Shown piece after piece: positions 8,568-16,718 of a stretch of DNA of 50,660 nucleotides (positions within the stretch are counted from its first letter, which is position 1; every line of letters begins with the position of its first letter). The stretch spans positions 1-50,660 of the IMG/VR virus record IMGVR_UViG_3300003965_000014; one strand, given 5' to 3'. The position numbers and the translations under genes were made by a program. The notes beneath the pieces were generated by a model that worked only from the letters and a program-made list of their open reading frames with translations, ran no database searches and was not told the DNA's origin. The stretch is from a virus (Duplodnaviria > Caudoviricetes).

Positions 8568-8658
8568 ATACAAATGGGTCTGCCGCCTAATGGGAGTTAT
8601 TCAGCCCCATAGCATAGAACGGGTTGATTAGCGAATGTATATTTAAAATCAATGAATT

Positions 8659-9552
8659 ATGAACAGAGGCGAAGAACTAAAGTACAAGTTTATGCGGGAA
8701 ATGAAGTTGCGCAATTACGCAGACAGCAGCATAAAAACTTATGCCGACTGCATCATGCAATACTTCCGATTTATGAACGGTAAGAAGCCTTTGGATCACG
8801 CTGCTAATGTTGAATTGATAAAAACATATCTGCTTACTATCAACAACCAAAACTACCACAAACAAATGCTGGCCGCCATCCGCAATTTCCACGACTTTGT
8901 TTTAAAGCAACCTTTAAGCCTTAATGATATTCCTTACCCCAGAAAAACGGATTATCTACCAGAGATATTGAATGTTCATGAAACACATCAACTGCTTAAC
9001 AGTTATAAAAATATAAAGCACAGAGCTATCATTACTTTGATGTATGTATGTGGGCTTCGTATTGGTGAAGTGCCAAAAATTAAAATAAGTCATGTGGATG
9101 GTGTGCGTGGTTTAGTTCGCATTGCAGGCGCTAAAGGTTTTAAAGACAGAGATGTGCCGGTACCTTTGGAAACACTGGAACTTCTGCGTTCTTACTTTAA
9201 GAAGTTTAAACCAAAAGAATGGTTATTTGAAGGTCAGCATCCTGGAGAACAATACACTGTAAGAAGTATTCAATCATTGTTTTACCAAGGATGCAGAAGA
9301 ATTAAGCTTCTTAAAAAAGTAAGGCCTCATGGATTACGGCACAGCAGGGCTACTCATTTGAAAGAAGCGGGTATTGATATTAAAGATATTGCTGATTTTT
9401 TAGGTCATTACAGAATACAAACAACTGAACTTTATCTTAAACTAAGTAAAAAATCATTGGTAAACAGAATTGCACTTGCTGATCAGATATTAAATGAACT
9501 TTTTAAAAAGGAAGCTAAGGAACTTAACTATGAAAGGTTACATACCCATTGA
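8659..9552 (+). CDS. Integron-integrase-like tyrosine recombinase
   Basis: SAM-like N-terminus (LRNYADSSIKTY), GLRIGE, AKGFKDR, HGLRHSRATHL, LGH, TTELY. Confidence 0.85.
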   Translation: MNRGEELKYKFMREMKLRNYADSSIKTYADCIMQYFRFMNGKKPLDHAANVELIKTYLLTINNQNYHKQMLAAIRNFHDFVLKQPLSLNDIPYPRKTDYLPEILNVHETHQLLNSYKNIKHRAIITLMYVCGLRIGEVPKIKISHVDGVRGLVRIAGAKGFKDRDVPVPLETLELLRSYFKKFKPKEWLFEGQHPGEQYTVRSIQSLFYQGCRRIKLLKKVRPHGLRHSRATHLKEAGIDIKDIADFLGHYRIQTTELYLKLSKKSLVNRIALADQILNELFKKEAKELNYERLHTH

Positions 9553-10069
9553 TATACCAACGAAGAAGTACATTAAGGCTTACTTGCTGAGCAGGTTTAA
9601 GGGAAAGATCATCATGAGCCCGGATAATAAATTCGGCAATAAGCTGTACGATGTGCTGCAGCATAAAACCAATGAGCGCAAAACAGATTTTTCAAATGCC
9701 AGGTATAATGATACCATGCGCATCTACATCAGCTTTCATGTGTTTAAGCAGCGGGGCTGCCACATGAATGAAACCAATATTAAAAACTTCAATTCCTTTA
9801 TTGAGAAAGATCTGAAGGATAAGTTTTATTTTCTGATGGATACGTACATTGATATTTTGCCGGTGTACAGTGCGCATGTGGATGAGGTGCGTAAAAAGCT
9901 GGGGATTGATGATGATCACTGGAGTGATGACAGTATGAAGAAGGATTACTACCGTTACCGCAAGAGTATGGGATTAAAACTTTTGTACGACAAAAAAAAT
10001 GTTTCAGAAAAAAATGAATTTTTTACCCGAACTGTCCCATCGGAAAGCCCAGCCAGTGCCACCTTCTAA
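9530..10069 (+). CDS. Hypothetical protein, candidate late transcription activator
   Basis: Last gene before the structural module; basic C-terminus (KKDYYRYRK). Function inferred from position only. Confidence 0.5.
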   Translation: MKGYIPIDIPTKKYIKAYLLSRFKGKIIMSPDNKFGNKLYDVLQHKTNERKTDFSNARYNDTMRIYISFHVFKQRGCHMNETNIKNFNSFIEKDLKDKFYFLMDTYIDILPVYSAHVDEVRKKLGIDDDHWSDDSMKKDYYRYRKSMGLKLLYDKKNVSEKNEFFTRTVPSESPASATF

Positions 10070-10078
10070 CTTTGAGTT

Positions 10079-10591
10079 ATGAAACCAGTTTACAGTCATA
10101 TTGAACCATCAACGGCCGTGCATACAGCGGGTATTGTTAAACTTCTCATTGCCCCACGTGAATGGTTAAGCGAACCTTTTGAGAAGGATTTTACTAACAA
10201 TAAAGTGCTGGATGCGGTAGCTTTTTTAAGTGGTAAAACATGGCTGCATATAGAGATGGCAGGTGAGTCAATCTTCTTTAATGAAACCCCCAAGAACAGC
10301 AATGCAGGTGAGTTTTACGAAGTAAGTACGGGAGGTGTGCTTAATTATATGGATGCTGCTTTGCTGCAGCAGCTGGAAACAATGCGCTATCATGAGTGGG
10401 TGGTAGTAACGATGGACAGAAAGAAAAAATACCGCATTGCCGGTACTTATGAAAAAGGCATGCAGCTGAGTGTGGCGCATGCGGAGCGTGCCGATGATGG
10501 AGGTGAAAGCCGTGTAACGTTGCAGTTTTTTATTGAAACAGAATCATTGCCTCCGTACTATGAATATTCAGCTTCTTATTCATCTTCATAG
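10079..10591 (+). CDS. Hypothetical virion-module protein
   Basis: 170 aa; TAACTTTG box at 10067-10074. Confidence 0.6.
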   Translation: MKPVYSHIEPSTAVHTAGIVKLLIAPREWLSEPFEKDFTNNKVLDAVAFLSGKTWLHIEMAGESIFFNETPKNSNAGEFYEVSTGGVLNYMDAALLQQLETMRYHEWVVVTMDRKKKYRIAGTYEKGMQLSVAHAERADDGGESRVTLQFFIETESLPPYYEYSASYSSS

Positions 10592-10608
10592 TTCTAAACC
10601 CCTTTTTT

Positions 10609-10644
10609 CGTCCTTTTAGGGGTAATGTGATCTCATCAATTTTA
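10609..10644 (+). promoter_or_regulatory. Putative phage late promoter 1
   Basis: CGTCCTTT-N20-CAATTTTA. Confidence 0.65.
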
Positions 10645-10649
10645 CGTTG

Positions 10650-11558
10650 ATGAGTTTTAATCATACATTATCAGCAATACTCCGTGGCAGCTGGCTAATT
10701 GATAAAGCCTGGGCTGATGCGCATTTGCCTTTGGTGGTGAGTATGCTCAATGGTAATACTGTAAGTTTTGTAGAGCGTACGGGTAACTCCAGAATGGAGA
10801 TGCCTTTTGTGGTTGATGCTCAAACCATGCAGCGCCATGAAGCTTTTGTATTTAACTGGCGTGAAGAAAAGTATGTTCCCAATCCTAACATTCCTGAAAA
10901 CTCTGTAGGTATTTTACCCATAAGCGGGCCTATCACTAAATATAACGGCAGCTGTGGTGAGCCCGGTGCTATACAGCGCAGCAGTTGGTTAAACAATTTT
11001 AAAAACCGCACTAATGTAAGCAGTGTGGTTCTTCTTTTTGATACACCCGGCGGTGAAAGCCGTGCGGCGCATCCTACTGTAAGTAATCTCAAAAGTTTTG
11101 GCAAACCGGTATTAGGTTATGTAGATGGCATGTGTGCCAGTTTGGGCATGTGGGCTGCTGCTGCTGCTGATGAAGTGTATTTGAGTAACGAAATGGATGA
11201 GATGGGCAGCATTGGAAGCTACTGCACCCTGCTTGATTTCAAAGGCTATTTTGAAAAGGAAGGCATAAAGATGCATGAGATTTATGCGCCTCAGAGTACT
11301 GATAAAAACAAAGGCTACCGTGATGCTATAGAAGGCAACTATACTGCAATTGAAAACGATTTAAAAATCCATGTGGATGCGTTCATCTCTTTTGTGAAGC
11401 AAAACCGTGGTGATAAAGCAGCAAGTAATGTTAAAGAGTGGAGCAGTGGTAAAATGTTTTATGCAAAAGATGCAGTAAATGTGGGCCTTGCTGATGGCAT
11501 CCGGAGTTTTGAGCAGGTAGTAAGTAAAGCGGCATGGCTGGCAAAACGTAAACGATAA
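10650..11558 (+). CDS. S49 (SppA-like) prohead protease
   Basis: DTPGG, MCASLG, GSIG, KNK; precedes scaffold and capsid. Confidence 0.85.
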   Translation: MSFNHTLSAILRGSWLIDKAWADAHLPLVVSMLNGNTVSFVERTGNSRMEMPFVVDAQTMQRHEAFVFNWREEKYVPNPNIPENSVGILPISGPITKYNGSCGEPGAIQRSSWLNNFKNRTNVSSVVLLFDTPGGESRAAHPTVSNLKSFGKPVLGYVDGMCASLGMWAAAAADEVYLSNEMDEMGSIGSYCTLLDFKGYFEKEGIKMHEIYAPQSTDKNKGYRDAIEGNYTAIENDLKIHVDAFISFVKQNRGDKAASNVKEWSSGKMFYAKDAVNVGLADGIRSFEQVVSKAAWLAKRKR

Positions 11559-11570
11559 AAATTTTTGAAC

Positions 11571-12032
11571 ATGAAATATCCCAAAGTATCAGCACTGGTT
11601 CCTGAAGCGGAACACTTTGATGAAAGTGCAGTAAATGAAGGTGTGTGGCTTACGGCTGCTCACCTCAACAATATTGAGCAGGCTTTAACTGCGCCTGCCC
11701 AGGAAGTGGCCGATCTGCAGCAGCAGTTACAGGCTGCTAATGATGCCAATGCCCAACTGCAGGAGCAAATGAATGCAAGGCCTACACAGGAAAGCCTGGA
11801 TGCAGCTAATGCAACTATTGCAACGCTGCAGGAGCAGGTAAAAACACTTGGCGGCCAAAGCAGCGGTAACGGTACACATGTGGCACCGGTGGTTGAGGAA
11901 AAGCATGATGGTGGTGGTGAAAGTGGTAAACTTTCAATTACAGATGAAGATCACCCGCTTAATATTTCTGTAAAGGAAGAAGTGAAGGCACGTGAAAATG
12001 CAAAAAAAGTAAAGCAACGCTACGGCTTTTAA
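11571..12032 (+). CDS. Putative capsid scaffolding protein
   Basis: Q/A-rich coiled coil between protease and capsid; ATG 11571 chosen over TTG 11565. Confidence 0.5.
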   Translation: MKYPKVSALVPEAEHFDESAVNEGVWLTAAHLNNIEQALTAPAQEVADLQQQLQAANDANAQLQEQMNARPTQESLDAANATIATLQEQVKTLGGQSSGNGTHVAPVVEEKHDGGGESGKLSITDEDHPLNISVKEEVKARENAKKVKQRYGF

Positions 12033-12091
12033 TCTCTTTAAAACAAAAAATCACAATCACATTTATTTACTAACCCCTTAAATATTTTTTT

Positions 12092-13087
12092 ATGCCGGAT
12101 ACAAACAAAATCACCCTTGATATTGATGACGTAATCAGTCAATGGGGTGAGTACTATCTGAACCATGGACAGAACATGAGCAATTTGCACATGCTTCCAT
12201 TTGAAACTTTTGGCACTATGAGTGCAGGTACTGTTATTGAAACTGAAGACACCGTTTTGCGTGAAGCAAATGTTCGTGTTCAGGAAGTTTTGCAACAATA
12301 CCAGGATGATTTCACCAGCAAAGGTGGTGTTGAGTTCAAGCCAATCAATATTCTGTTGTATAACATGAAGATTGATGTAGGTGTTGTTCCACATAAGCTT
12401 ATCAAAGGATGGACTGGTTTTTTAACGAACACAGGGAATACTCCGGAAAGTTATCCATTCATTCAATGGCTGGTACAGGATTATTTGCTTCGCCAGGCAG
12501 ATCAAGACCTTGAAATGAAAGCCATTTACAAGGGTGTTTACGAAGCTCCTACTGAAGGCGTTGCCGGTATTTCCAGCAAAACAATGAATGGTATTGATAA
12601 GCAGTTGAATGATCTTATCACAGCTGGTGATGTTGATCCATTTAATGTTGGCAATCTGGATGCAATGTCTCCAAAAGATTTTGTAACAGCTTTGGAACAA
12701 AACTTTATTGCAGAAATTCCTGAAATTTATCGTTTTGAAACTCAGCTTGAGTTAAATATGAACCGCACTTATCGTCAAAAATTCCGTGACGGTATGCGTG
12801 ACAAGTATAATGTTAATTACAAGCAAACTGATAATATCACTCAGTTTATAGACTATGAAAACATTACTGTTGTGGGCCGTGCATCGATGATGAACCGTAA
12901 GCGCATCTGGACTACACCAAAGCAAAACCTGTTGATTGGTGTGCGTGGTTTCAGCAACAAAAATGGTTTTGATGTGCAAAAGGTAGATCGTAAAGTGAAG
13001 TTCCTCACTGATTGGTGGATGGGTTGCGGTTTTGTACAACCAGAAATCATTTTCACTACAGACGCAGGAAGCACATCTGTAAGCTGA
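12092..13087 (+). CDS. Putative major capsid protein
   Basis: 331 aa, position, MNGIDKQL segment, strong terminator downstream. Confidence 0.7.
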   Translation: MPDTNKITLDIDDVISQWGEYYLNHGQNMSNLHMLPFETFGTMSAGTVIETEDTVLREANVRVQEVLQQYQDDFTSKGGVEFKPINILLYNMKIDVGVVPHKLIKGWTGFLTNTGNTPESYPFIQWLVQDYLLRQADQDLEMKAIYKGVYEAPTEGVAGISSKTMNGIDKQLNDLITAGDVDPFNVGNLDAMSPKDFVTALEQNFIAEIPEIYRFETQLELNMNRTYRQKFRDGMRDKYNVNYKQTDNITQFIDYENITVVGRASMMNRKRIWTTPKQNLLIGVRGFSNKNGFDVQKVDRKVKFLTDWWMGCGFVQPEIIFTTDAGSTSVS

Positions 13088-13096
13088 TAAAACTGA

Positions 13097-13127
13097 AAAG
13101 CCCTTGCAAAGGCAGGGGCTTTTTTTA
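13097..13127 (+). terminator. Intrinsic terminator
   Basis: AAAAGCCCTTGC...GCAGGGGCTTTTTTT. Confidence 0.75.
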
Positions 13128-13132
13128 AGTAT

Positions 13133-13441
13133 ATGGATTTACAAGCTCTTACACAGGAAGAACTGATTAACATCATACACCGGCAGGCAGATGATATTGC
13201 TGCTTTACAAATGGAAGTTGCATGGTTAAAGGAATACAATGAACAACAGCAGCTGCCCGTAAAAGAACAATTGAAACGGCAACCGGTGAATATTGATGGC
13301 GAACTGTATTACTTTACTATTCCTCAATGGAGGGAGCGTAATAAAACAGTAAAGGCCGTTGATGTGATGCATAATGAAGAGTACCTGCGTAAGAAAATTG
13401 CGGAACCTTATCAAACACTTTTAAAAAAACTCAATTTATAA
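13133..13441 (+). CDS. Hypothetical phage protein
   Basis: 102 aa, N-terminal coiled coil. Confidence 0.6.
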   Translation: MDLQALTQEELINIIHRQADDIAALQMEVAWLKEYNEQQQLPVKEQLKRQPVNIDGELYYFTIPQWRERNKTVKAVDVMHNEEYLRKKIAEPYQTLLKKLNL

Positions 13442-13459
13442 CCCGTTAAATAATTTTTT

Positions 13460-14008
13460 ATGTACGTATACCGTAATCTGCCTGAACCTAAAAACGTGCT
13501 GAGTGGCATTGGTGATTATGTACTGATCGCCCCAGTGCGTGATTTTACAACCATTAAATGTCCGGAAGCTCCCTTCACCAATCCCGGTGATGAAGTAACC
13601 ATCCGCAGCCCGCATGTGTTTAAAGCCGGCAAAGCATTTGCAAAATGGTTCCTTGCTCCTGAAAAGAACAAACTGGATGCTGCAGCCAGTGGTGATAAAG
13701 GTTTCCAGCGTTTCCAGCAGACTTTGGAAATCATGATACCCGGTTCATGGGCTGTGCAGCATGAAGCTGTAAAGAACATCATCAACGTTCCGTTGATTGT
13801 GTTAGCTCCTGATGCCAACTGCGCCAGCGGTTTGTGGTACCAGTTAGGATGTGATTGCCAGTATGCCTGGGCTACACCAAGCTTTGGCACTGGCACTACC
13901 GCTGATGGTAATAAAGGATACACCATTCCTATTACCTACAACAGCGAAAGCATTCAGATCTATGCAGCCGGTGAGCCAGCTGTATTGGCTGATGAGAGCG
14001 TGAGCTAA
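13460..14008 (+). CDS. Putative major tail (tube) protein
   Basis: 182 aa, GTGTTADGNKGYTI, terminator downstream; positional inference. Confidence 0.5.
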   Translation: MYVYRNLPEPKNVLSGIGDYVLIAPVRDFTTIKCPEAPFTNPGDEVTIRSPHVFKAGKAFAKWFLAPEKNKLDAAASGDKGFQRFQQTLEIMIPGSWAVQHEAVKNIINVPLIVLAPDANCASGLWYQLGCDCQYAWATPSFGTGTTADGNKGYTIPITYNSESIQIYAAGEPAVLADESVS

Positions 14009-14042
14009 TCATTCTTTTTTTGTAACCATAATTTTGATGAAG

Positions 14043-14071
14043 AAAAATCCCCTTTTCTAAGGGGATTTTTT
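14043..14071. terminator. Bidirectional intrinsic terminator
   Basis: AAAAATCCCCTT-TTCT-AAGGGGATTTTT. Confidence 0.8.
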
Positions 14072-14130
14072 GTGTTATATTTGAGGAACAAAGCCGGAGC
14101 ATCACCGGGGTAAAAACTGATAACTGCAGG

Positions 14131-14454
14131 ATGGCACGTGAATATCCCACTTACATTTATACGAACGAAACAGAAGCCAAAAGCAAGGGAGAGTTCATTG
14201 TACGAACCGTAAAGCCCAGGTATATTGCCAAAGTGGTTCATCATCCAAATAAAACAGTTCCGGATTTACAGATACTGGAATGGATTGATGACTGGACCAA
14301 AGAAAAAAACTTTGAGATGAGTGCTGTTAAGAAGCATGCCATCAATTGGTATATGGCAAGAAAAAAAGGATATGAAGTTTCATTCAAATTACCTAAGCCT
14401 AACTATTACAATGATAATTTACCAGAAGCCGATGGGCCTTTAGAAGCTGTTTAA
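14131..14454 (+). CDS. Moron-like hypothetical protein
   Basis: Own TATATTTG box (14076-14083) after a terminator. Confidence 0.6.
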   Translation: MAREYPTYIYTNETEAKSKGEFIVRTVKPRYIAKVVHHPNKTVPDLQILEWIDDWTKEKNFEMSAVKKHAINWYMARKKGYEVSFKLPKPNYYNDNLPEADGPLEAV

Positions 14455-14456
14455 CT

Positions 14457-14492
14457 TGTCCTTTCTCACACGAACGCCCCATGTTAGTATTG
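14457..14492 (+). promoter_or_regulatory. Putative phage late promoter 2
   Basis: TGTCCTTT-N20-TAGTATTG; ATG at 14497. Confidence 0.7.
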
Positions 14493-14496
14493 TAAC

Positions 14497-15228
14497 ATGG
14501 TGGAACGCCTCAATGAATGGTTAACGCATAAGGATTATTTTAAGGGTGTTGTGCTTTACAGCAATGGGGAGCACAATGCTGCTTTATTGCAAGTATTTAA
14601 AAGCGGACCATCACCGTACAATATTCAATTGCTGGAGCGGGAGCTGCGTAAGGAATTAGAGCGCTTGAAAATTAATGCATCTATGAAGCAGCAGGGAAAC
14701 CCTGCCGGCATCCGTAATGTGGTGCTTAAAGAATTACCTCCCCTTTTACAGAAACCTGCTGTTATTACTGTGGAAGAAACGCCACCAGCCAATGATGTTA
14801 TTTACCAAGCAGCCAAAGCACAAGCAGATAAACGCTACAAGGAAGCTATGAACCTGCGGGCTCAATTGTTTGGATTAGCCAACATGAATGATTTTTTAGA
14901 TGTAAATACTCCCGATAGAATTGAAGCCCGGCGGCAGATGTCTCTGGATGTGGTAAGGTTGTACAAAGAGGCATCCAGTCTTTATGAAAAAGCGGATTAC
15001 ATTAAAAGTAATAATGGCAAGCTGCCAGATGAACCGGATCAGGAAAAAGATATGGGTTTAAATTCCATTCCTGATCACCTGGTGAAGCAACATCTTGATA
15101 ATGTGCGGAAGAATTACAACAAAATGAAAAAGCGTGCTCAGACTCCTGAGCGTGTGGCATTGATGCAAAAGCATGCGCAAACGATTCAAATTTTAAGCCA
15201 GCGATGGGATTTGTTAAAACAACAGTAA
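14497..15228 (+). CDS. Hypothetical phage protein
   Basis: 243 aa, helical; first gene of the packaging operon. Confidence 0.65.
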   Translation: MVERLNEWLTHKDYFKGVVLYSNGEHNAALLQVFKSGPSPYNIQLLERELRKELERLKINASMKQQGNPAGIRNVVLKELPPLLQKPAVITVEETPPANDVIYQAAKAQADKRYKEAMNLRAQLFGLANMNDFLDVNTPDRIEARRQMSLDVVRLYKEASSLYEKADYIKSNNGKLPDEPDQEKDMGLNSIPDHLVKQHLDNVRKNYNKMKKRAQTPERVALMQKHAQTIQILSQRWDLLKQQ

Positions 15229-15776
15229 CAGCTGAAAAAGAAGATCCGTTCTTTTTTTCATCACCTGCGGATGATGATTTTGTGATTTGTAAAAGTCCGG
15301 GTAAGCTGAAGCGTTTGCTGGATGCCCTACAGGAATGCAAGCAGCTGCAATATGTAAGTGATGGGGACTGGAGTACACATGACCTGGTAATGGAACTGCT
15401 GAAAGTGTACAAGCCTGCTGAGTTGTACATTACCACTTATGCGCTGAGAGAATTACCCGTAAGGCAGCTGATACTTGCACAGGAGCGGAAAGAAATTTTA
15501 TCAGTTAAAATGCTGCTGGATTATCGTGCTAAGGTGAGAACCCCGGAAGTGTTTCAATTGGCGGCGCAAAACATTAATCGTATTGGCTTAACAAATATTC
15601 ATGCAAAAGTGACGGTGTTAAGAAGTGATCAAGGATGCGTTTCTATTGTAGGAAGTGCCAACTGGACCACTAACCCACGTATTGAGTGCGGGGTTATTTC
15701 ACTGCATGAAGCTGCAGCTGCTTTTCATATTAACTGGATTGAAAAAGTAATTGATAATGCTGAATTGTTTGGATAA
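15204..15776 (+). CDS. Phospholipase D-like (HKD nuclease) domain protein
   Basis: HAKVTVL...GSANWTTN; the canonical Asp of HxKxxxxD is absent. Confidence 0.7.
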   Translation: MGFVKTTVTAEKEDPFFFSSPADDDFVICKSPGKLKRLLDALQECKQLQYVSDGDWSTHDLVMELLKVYKPAELYITTYALRELPVRQLILAQERKEILSVKMLLDYRAKVRTPEVFQLAAQNINRIGLTNIHAKVTVLRSDQGCVSIVGSANWTTNPRIECGVISLHEAAAAFHINWIEKVIDNAELFG

Positions 15777-16053
15777 TATCAAAACTGAAATTCTGAAAGA
15801 GATTGAAGAACTGGCAGCGGTTTTTCATAGTCCAAAAGAAGTGGCATTGATGCTTGAAATTGAAGAAGCAAAAATGCAGGAGTGGATGGAAGCCCAGGAT
15901 AATGAGGTTTACAGATCCTTTCAAAAAGGCAGATTGCAGAGTGAATTTGAATTACGGAAAAGTATTGTAAGACTGGCCAAGAGCGGCAGCAGTCCGGCTC
16001 AGGCTATGGCACTTGACATGCTGAAACAAAGCAAACTTAAAATGATTGACTGA
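15751..16053 (+). CDS. Hypothetical packaging-associated protein
   Basis: HTH-like segment and LAKSGSSPAQ; upstream of terminase. Confidence 0.55.
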   Translation: MIMLNCLDNIKTEILKEIEELAAVFHSPKEVALMLEIEEAKMQEWMEAQDNEVYRSFQKGRLQSEFELRKSIVRLAKSGSSPAQAMALDMLKQSKLKMID

Positions 16054-16718
16054 TGAGCGGATTAAACTATAGAATTATTAAGAAAGCTGAGCAAATTGCG
16101 GAGCTTACTGATAAGATTACTGAACAAACCAGGGACTGGCAGCTTATTAAAGAGTTTATGAGCAGCCGTTCTACTGATTTGCGATTGAATGAACGGCAGG
16201 AAAAGAAGCTGGAGCGTTACCAGTACATCTACAATCAACTGGTGAGCGGTAAGTATACCGATACACAGATCATTAATCAGCTGATGAACAAAAAGCTGTT
16301 TGGCGTATCCCTGAAGCAGGCTTATGAGGACATGCGCAGCAGCCGGGAATTGTTCAATTATTCCTTCAACATCAACCGAACGTTTGAGATCAATCTGCAA
16401 TTGCAGATCAACCGTAATCTGATGCGCAAGGCAGAAGAAATCGGAGACTTTAAAGCAGCTGCCGCCTTTGAAAAAAACAGGGCTATGCTGCTTAAACTAT
16501 TACCTGAAGAAGAAGCAACACCAGCCGAACATTTTGAAGGCCACATGATAGAAGCAGTATTTGATCCAAGGTTGATTGGAGCACCTGATGTGGACCTGAA
16601 AGAATTGCTTAAAGCGATCAATGAAAAACGTAAAGTGCAGATCAATGTAGATGAATTGGCAATTGATATACCACACGAAGAATTAAACAATGATGGAAAA
16701 GAGGAAGCAGCACTTTAA
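16053..16718 (+). CDS. Putative terminase small subunit
   Basis: Overlaps the large-subunit start; positional call. Confidence 0.45.
   Translation: MSGLNYRIIKKAEQIAELTDKITEQTRDWQLIKEFMSSRSTDLRLNERQEKKLERYQYIYNQLVSGKYTDTQIINQLMNKKLFGVSLKQAYEDMRSSRELFNYSFNINRTFEINLQLQINRNLMRKAEEIGDFKAAAAFEKNRAMLLKLLPEEEATPAEHFEGHMIEAVFDPRLIGAPDVDLKELLKAINEKRKVQINVDELAIDIPHEELNNDGKEEAAL

Larger units (their letters stand above)
7581..8620. mobile_element. Integron-like cassette 1 (C5 methyltransferase)
   Basis: GTTCTATGCT (7703-7712) is complementary to AGCATAGAAC (8611-8620); adjacent to the recombinase gene. Confidence 0.7.

Noticed and set aside
7703-8620. Cassettes as IS/MITE or invertible segments
   Set aside because: No transposase or clear target duplication; the external AAC/GTT hairpin and IntI-like neighbour fit cassette logic better. 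Inversion is not experimentally excluded.
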